Assembly: GCA_964016885.1 (NCBI GenBank)
Contig: OZ024759.1
Span: forward strand, 7,006,001-7,070,000
DNA length: 64,000 nt
Origin: Eledone cirrhosa
Lineage: Eukaryota
Reading direction: 5' to 3'
The notes beneath the pieces are model-generated. The model ran no database searches. It was not told the origin of the DNA and saw only the letters and a list, made by a program, of their open reading frames with translations. The translations under genes and the position numbers were made by a program. Positions 58,600 through 64,000 of this stretch are shown piece by piece; the first letter of the stretch is position 1; each line of letters starts with the position of its first letter.

Positions 58600-59670
58600 T
58601 ATAGTTTAGATTCTTGGGGTCTCAGTCATTATTTAGTTTGCATAGGTGCCAGTGAATCACTTTTCCTATTATATCATGTCTCCAGCCTTTAAAGTGAGTC
58701 TGGGCTAGGTGTTTCCACTCGGATACAATGTGAGCCACAGTCTCCTCTCTCTCACCACAGATCCTACACAGTGAGCTAGCCTCCTCCTTGTCAATATGGT
58801 GTTTCACCCACTTGCTCTTGTGCAGCCATTAGCATTCGTTCTGTAGCTTTTTTAAGGTCCCCTCTTTTTAACCAGTTCCATGTCTGTGGATCTCTGAATT
58901 CTGTTTTCTTAAAGAAGGTGCTATGAAGGGATTTTTCATGAAGGCTGTTCTTTGTCTTTGTTGTTATTTCCTCCTTGGACATCCCCTGGTCTATTGTCTT
59001 CTCCTTCAGTACAACTTTGAGCATTGGCTCCCTACTGTCAGACACATATTTGTGCAGACTGTTTTTCTCCATCTGAACAAAGTCCTCTATGCTGATAAGA
59101 TCTCTTCCACCTTCAGATCTCTTTAAGTAGAGTCTATCAACATCGCTCCTCTTGTGGAACATGCTGTAGATAATCATTAGCTTCCTAGTCTTTCTATCCA
59201 TTTCTTTTTGTTCAGCAACATTCAATTTCAGAATTCCTGCACTGTACCTAATAATAGACACAACTCGGGAATTCACTACACTTATGACATGCTTACTATT
59301 TAGATGTGATTTTAGTATGTTCCTTACTCTCCTTGTGTATTCAGATCTTATCAATTCCTTCATTTTATTGTTCTTGATGTCATCTGCCTCCAGAACACCC
59401 ATACACATTTGTATCCCTCTTCAGTGTCAATTTCTTTTATCATCTCACCTGTTGGTACCTGGATTCCGTTGCTTCTGCTCAATTTACCCCTATTCATCAC
59501 TAGGACTCCACACTTATTAACATCAAATTCCATACATATATCATTACTGAAAATACGGACAGTGTTAACAAGTACGTCCAACTTTTTCTCACTTCCCCCC
59601 AAAGAATTTTAGATCGTCCATGAAGAGGGGGTGGTTGATGGTAAGCTTTCCTCTTCCTAGCTTGTATCCT
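58600..59670 (-). mobile_element. R4/Dong-like non-LTR retrotransposon fragment (RT C-terminus and CCHC finger), frameshifted
   Basis: MDRKTRKLM..HKRSDVDRLYLKRSEGGR..LKKATE..LMAAQEQ and CRICGEREETVAHIVSE..RHD; abuts (ATT)n at 59672-59725. Confidence 0.85.
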
Positions 59671-59671
59671 G

Positions 59672-59727
<56 letters not shown>

Positions 59728-59974
59728 GTGGAGTGGTTGAGTGTCGAACATCTTGCTTGTGACATATAGTTACGGCCCTTTATGTTCTGAGTCCAAATTT
59801 CACCGAAGTTAGCTTTGAACGCACTGTGGACGATTTAATAAAGTACCAGTAATGCACTGGGGACGATTTAAACAACTTTCCCCTCCCCAAAATTGTTGGC
59901 CTTCTCTCTAAATCAGAAACCATTATTTTCTTTTTTTCTTTCTTAACATCACCACTGCCACCTTTCGAAATCAA

Positions 59975-62200
59975 CTGCCACCGTCAACCGCCACCGTCAA
60001 CCGCCACGTCAACCGCCACCGTCAACCGCCACCGTCAACCGCCACCGTCAACCGCCACCGTCAACCGCCACCGTCAACCGCCACCGTCAACCGCCACCGT
60101 TAACTACCACCGTCAACCACCACCGTCACCTACCACCGTCAACCACCACCGTCAACTACCACACCACCGTCAACCATCGCCGTCACCTACCACCGTCAAC
60201 CCCCGCCGTCAACCACCACCGTCATCCACCACCGTCAACCACCACCGTCACCTACCACCGTCAACCACCGCCGTCAACCACCACCGTCATCCACCACCGT
60301 CAACCACCACCGTCACCTACCACCGTCAACCACCACCGTCAACCACCACCGTCAACCACCACCGTCTCCTACCACCGTCACCTACCACCGTCATCCACCA
60401 CCGTCAACCACCACCGTCACCTACCACCGTCAACCACCACCGTCAACCACCCCCGTCACCTACCACCGTCACCTACCACCGTCATCCACCACCGTCAACC
60501 ACCACCGTCAACCACCACCGTCAACCACCACCGTCACCTACCACCGTCAACCACCACCGTCAACCACCACCGTCAACCACCACCGTCAACCAACACCGTC
60601 ACCTACCACCGTCAACCACCACCGTCAACCACCACCGTCAACTACCACCGTCACCTACCACCGTCAACCACCACCGTCAACCACCACCGTCACCTACCAC
60701 CGTCACCTACCACCGTCATCTACCACCGTCAACCACCACCGTCAACCACCACCGTCAACCACCACCGTCACCTACCACCGTCAACAACCACCGTCACCTA
60801 CCACCGTCAACCACCACCGTCACCTACCACCGTCAACCACCACCGTCAACCACCACCGTCAACCACCACCGTCAACAACCACCGTCACCTACCACCGTCA
60901 ACCACCACCGTCAACCACAACCGTCAACGACCAACAATAACCACCACCGTCACCTACCACCGTCACCTACCACCATCAACCACCACCGTCAACCACCACC
61001 GTCAACCACCACCGTCAACCACCACCGTCACCTACCACCGTCAACCACCACCGTCAACCACCACCGTCAACCACCACCGTCAACCACCACCGTCAACCAC
61101 CACCGTCAACCACCACCGTCAACCACCACCGTCAACCACCACCGTCACCTACCACCGTCAACCACCACCGTCAACCACCACCGTCAACCACCACCGTCAA
61201 CCAACACCGTCACCTACCACCGTCAACCACCACCGTCAACCACCACCGTCAACTACCACCGTCACCTACCACCGTCAACCACCACCGTCAACCACCACCG
61301 TCACCTACCACCGTCACCTACCACCGTCATCTACCACCGTCAACCACCACCGTCAACCACCACCGTCAACCACCACCGTCACCTACCACCGTCAACAACC
61401 ACCGTCACCTACCACCGTCAACCACCACCGTCACCTACCACCGTCAACCACCACCGTCAACCACCACCGTCAACCACCACCGTCAACAACCACCGTCACC
61501 TACCACCGTCAACCACCACCGTCAACCACAACCGTCAACGACCAACAACAACCACCACCGTCACCTACCACCGTCACCTACCACCGTCAACCACCACCGT
61601 CAACCACCACCGTCAACCACCACCGTCAACCACCACCGTCACCTACCATCGCTAACCACCACCGTCAACCACCACCGTGAACCACCACCGTGAACCACCA
61701 CCGTCACCTACCACCGTCAACCACCACCGTCAACCACTATCGTCATCACCACCGTCATCCACCACCATCAACCACCACCGTCAACCACCACCGTCAACCA
61801 CCACCGTCAACCACCACCGTCACCTACCACCGTCAACCACCACCGTCAACCACCACCGTCACCTACCACCGTCAACCACCACCGTCAACCACCACCGTCA
61901 ACCACCACCGTCAACCACCACCGTCAACCACCACCGTCAACCACTATCGTCATCACCACCGTCATCCACCACCATCAACCACCACCGTCAACCACCACCG
62001 TCAACCACCACCGTCAACCACCACCGTCACCTACCACCGTCAACCACCACCGTCAACCACCACCGTCAACCACCACCGTCAACCACCACCGTCAACCACC
62101 ACCGTCAACCACCACCGTCAACCACCACCGTCAACCACCACCGTCAACCACCACCGTCACCTACCACCGTCAACCACCACCGTCAACCACCACCACCACT
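59975..62200. repeat. 12-bp minisatellite (ACCACCGTCAMC) directly upstream of exon 4
   Basis: Direct reading; variants CCT, ATC and ACA; higher-order duplication visible. Confidence 0.95.
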
Positions 62201-62229
62201 GTCATCTTGCAATGCCGACATCAACGCAG

Positions 62230-62563
62230 GTACGTTGACCAACAACGGCAACCGCCGTGACAAAAAAAGAGAGTTGATTCTACTTGCCAAGACGTATGAT
62301 GAGAATATGAGTTTTTACAGCGACCAGAACAGAAAACTGTGTGGTGTGCCGCAGCAATGTGATAAACTAGCTGAAGGCGAGGATGAAGAGTATATGGACA
62401 GTAACCAAATGAGATCTTTTAACGGTTATGTTTACGGCAACGGCCCACCATTTGTTCTGCGAGCACACGAGTCTGTTGTCTGGTATGTGTTAGGGATGGG
62501 CAACGAAGCTGGCATCCACGGGGTCCAGTTTGCTGGACAGCAGTTGATAGTTGACGGACAACC
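62230..62563 (+). CDS. Exon 4 of multicopper ferroxidase (domain 2)
   Basis: GCAG| acceptor in matching phase; GTL..RELILLAKTYDENMSFY..SNQMRSFNGYVYGN..VVWYVLGMGNEAGIHGVQFAGQ; donor ACC|GTAAGT, phase 2. Confidence 0.9.
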
Positions 62564-62603
62564 GTAAGTTGACCTTGTTCTTAACATTATTATTACTAAC
62601 ATT

Positions 62604-63380
62604 GCGGTGGATTGGCAGTATCGGTAGAGGGTCGGACGCCATGCTAGGGTGGTGGAGTGGCAGTATCGGTAGAGGGTCGGACGCCATGCTTTCCAGCATA
62701 ATTACGTCCCTTTACGATCTGAGTTCAAATCCCGCCGAGGTTGACTTTGCCTTTCATCCTTACGGGGTCGATAAAATAAAGTACCAGTAATGCACTGGGT
62801 GATTGCTGGCCTTGTGCCTAAAGTAGAAACAATTATTACTAACATTGCTGGCAGAATCGGTAGAACGTCAGACACCATGCTTTTTTAGCATGGGGTTATG
62901 GCCCTTTACGTTCTGAATTCAAATCCCGCTGAAGTTAGCTTTACTTTTCATCCTTACGTGGTCAATAAAATAAAGTACCAGTCACGTACTGGGGTCAATT
63001 TAGTTGACTTTAACTTGCCCAAAATTGTTGGCTTTCTGCCTATATCAGATTGGCAGTATCGGTAGAGCATCGGACAACATACTTCGCGGCATAGAGTTAC
63101 GGCCCTTTACCGTTCATGCTTATAGGGTCGTTAAAATAAAGTACCAGTAATGCACTGGGTCAATTTAATCGACTTTCCCCTCTTCTCAAAATTGTTGTCC
63201 TTACGTCTAAATCAGAAACAATAATAATAACCAAGGCAGTGATTGGCTGAATTGGTAGAGCGTCGACAAAATGCGGGATTCAATTACGACTTTCTACATT
63301 TTCAGTTCAAATCCCGCCCAGTTTAGTTTTACGTCCTTTCTCGATTGATAAACAAAAGTACCAGTAACGTACTGGGTCAA
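62604..63380 (+). mobile_element. Cluster of about 4 tandem, partial copies of the same tRNA-derived SINE filling intron 4
   Basis: Repeated TGGCAG.ATCGGTAGA heads, TTCAAATCCCGC B-boxes and AAAGTACCAGT bodies. Confidence 0.8.
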
Positions 63381-63547
63381 TTCTTCCTTTATATCTCTTT
63401 CTCACTAACTCTGTATCTATCACTCACTCCTCTCTCTCTCTCTCACTCCTCTCTCTCTCTCTCTCTCTCTCACTCTTCTCTTTCTCTTCCCCTCTCTCTT
63501 TCTCCTTCGTTTTTATACTTTTCAAGAATGCCTTGCTATATTTTCAG

Positions 63548-63654
63548 AACCAGCACAATAAAAGCGATGCAGGCATCATTTACATCAGCCACGATGTGTC
63601 CCACCTATTCCGGAAGATGGTTAATTAGCTGCGCTGTGACAGAGCACTACAATG
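63548..63654 (+). CDS. Exon 5 of multicopper ferroxidase (gene continues beyond the window)
   Basis: TTTTCAG| acceptor; GRWLISCAVTEHYN gives the CxxxxH type-1 copper ligands of domain 2; donor ATG|GTAAGC. Confidence 0.9.
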
Positions 63655-63958
63655 GTAAGCTTTTTTCAGCTATTCCCCTCATCTTTCTATGGTCAGGGAC
63701 GTCGTCAGGTTCTCAGTGGTATCTATTTACGTATATACTCCAGGAGATACACACCCTGCACTTCTGAAAATACCCTAATCCTCATAGGTTGAAAAACTTC
63801 AAGTGATTGTATAAAGTCCAGGGGCGAAATATTCACTTCTTCGTCTTCTTCTCCTTCTTCTCCTCCTTCTCCTCCTCCTCCTCCCCCTTCTTTTTCTACC
63901 CCTCCTTTTTATTCTTTTTCTTATTCTCCTCCTCTTTCTTCTACTTCTTTATGTATGC

Positions 63959-63992
<34 letters not shown>

Positions 63993-64000
63993 TTCTAGAT

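Noticed and set aside
61677-62229. Mucin/His-rich N-terminal extension in frame with exon 4
   Set aside because: Minisatellite translation; no upstream AG acceptor within the repeat, and homology resumes exactly at 62230

Overview
Eukaryotic, repeat-saturated DNA. The (TA)n/(CA)n seas and SINE types suggest a cephalopod such as octopus (inference). The only host gene is the 5' part of a ceruloplasmin/hephaestin-like multicopper ferroxidase on the + strand: five phase-compatible GT-AG exons at 36949-63654, continuing beyond the window. Around and inside it lie decayed RTE and R4/Dong-like LINEs, tRNA-type SINEs, an IR/DR-type Tc1 transposon, Penelope-like element (PLE) fragments and several minisatellites. 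The main hidden signal is RNA-level. A 7.1-kb array of 15 near-identical, highly structured 470-bp units (21082-28191) carries a type I hammerhead ribozyme in every unit, which is a retrozyme-like, probably circular-RNA-derived insertion. About 20 further hammerhead motifs occur in several unrelated short repeat families. These are repeatedly arranged as head-to-head pairs whose 3' ends point outward into (TA)n. Many use a compensatory U3-A8 core, and two additionally carry A12. All folds were read by eye and are untested.
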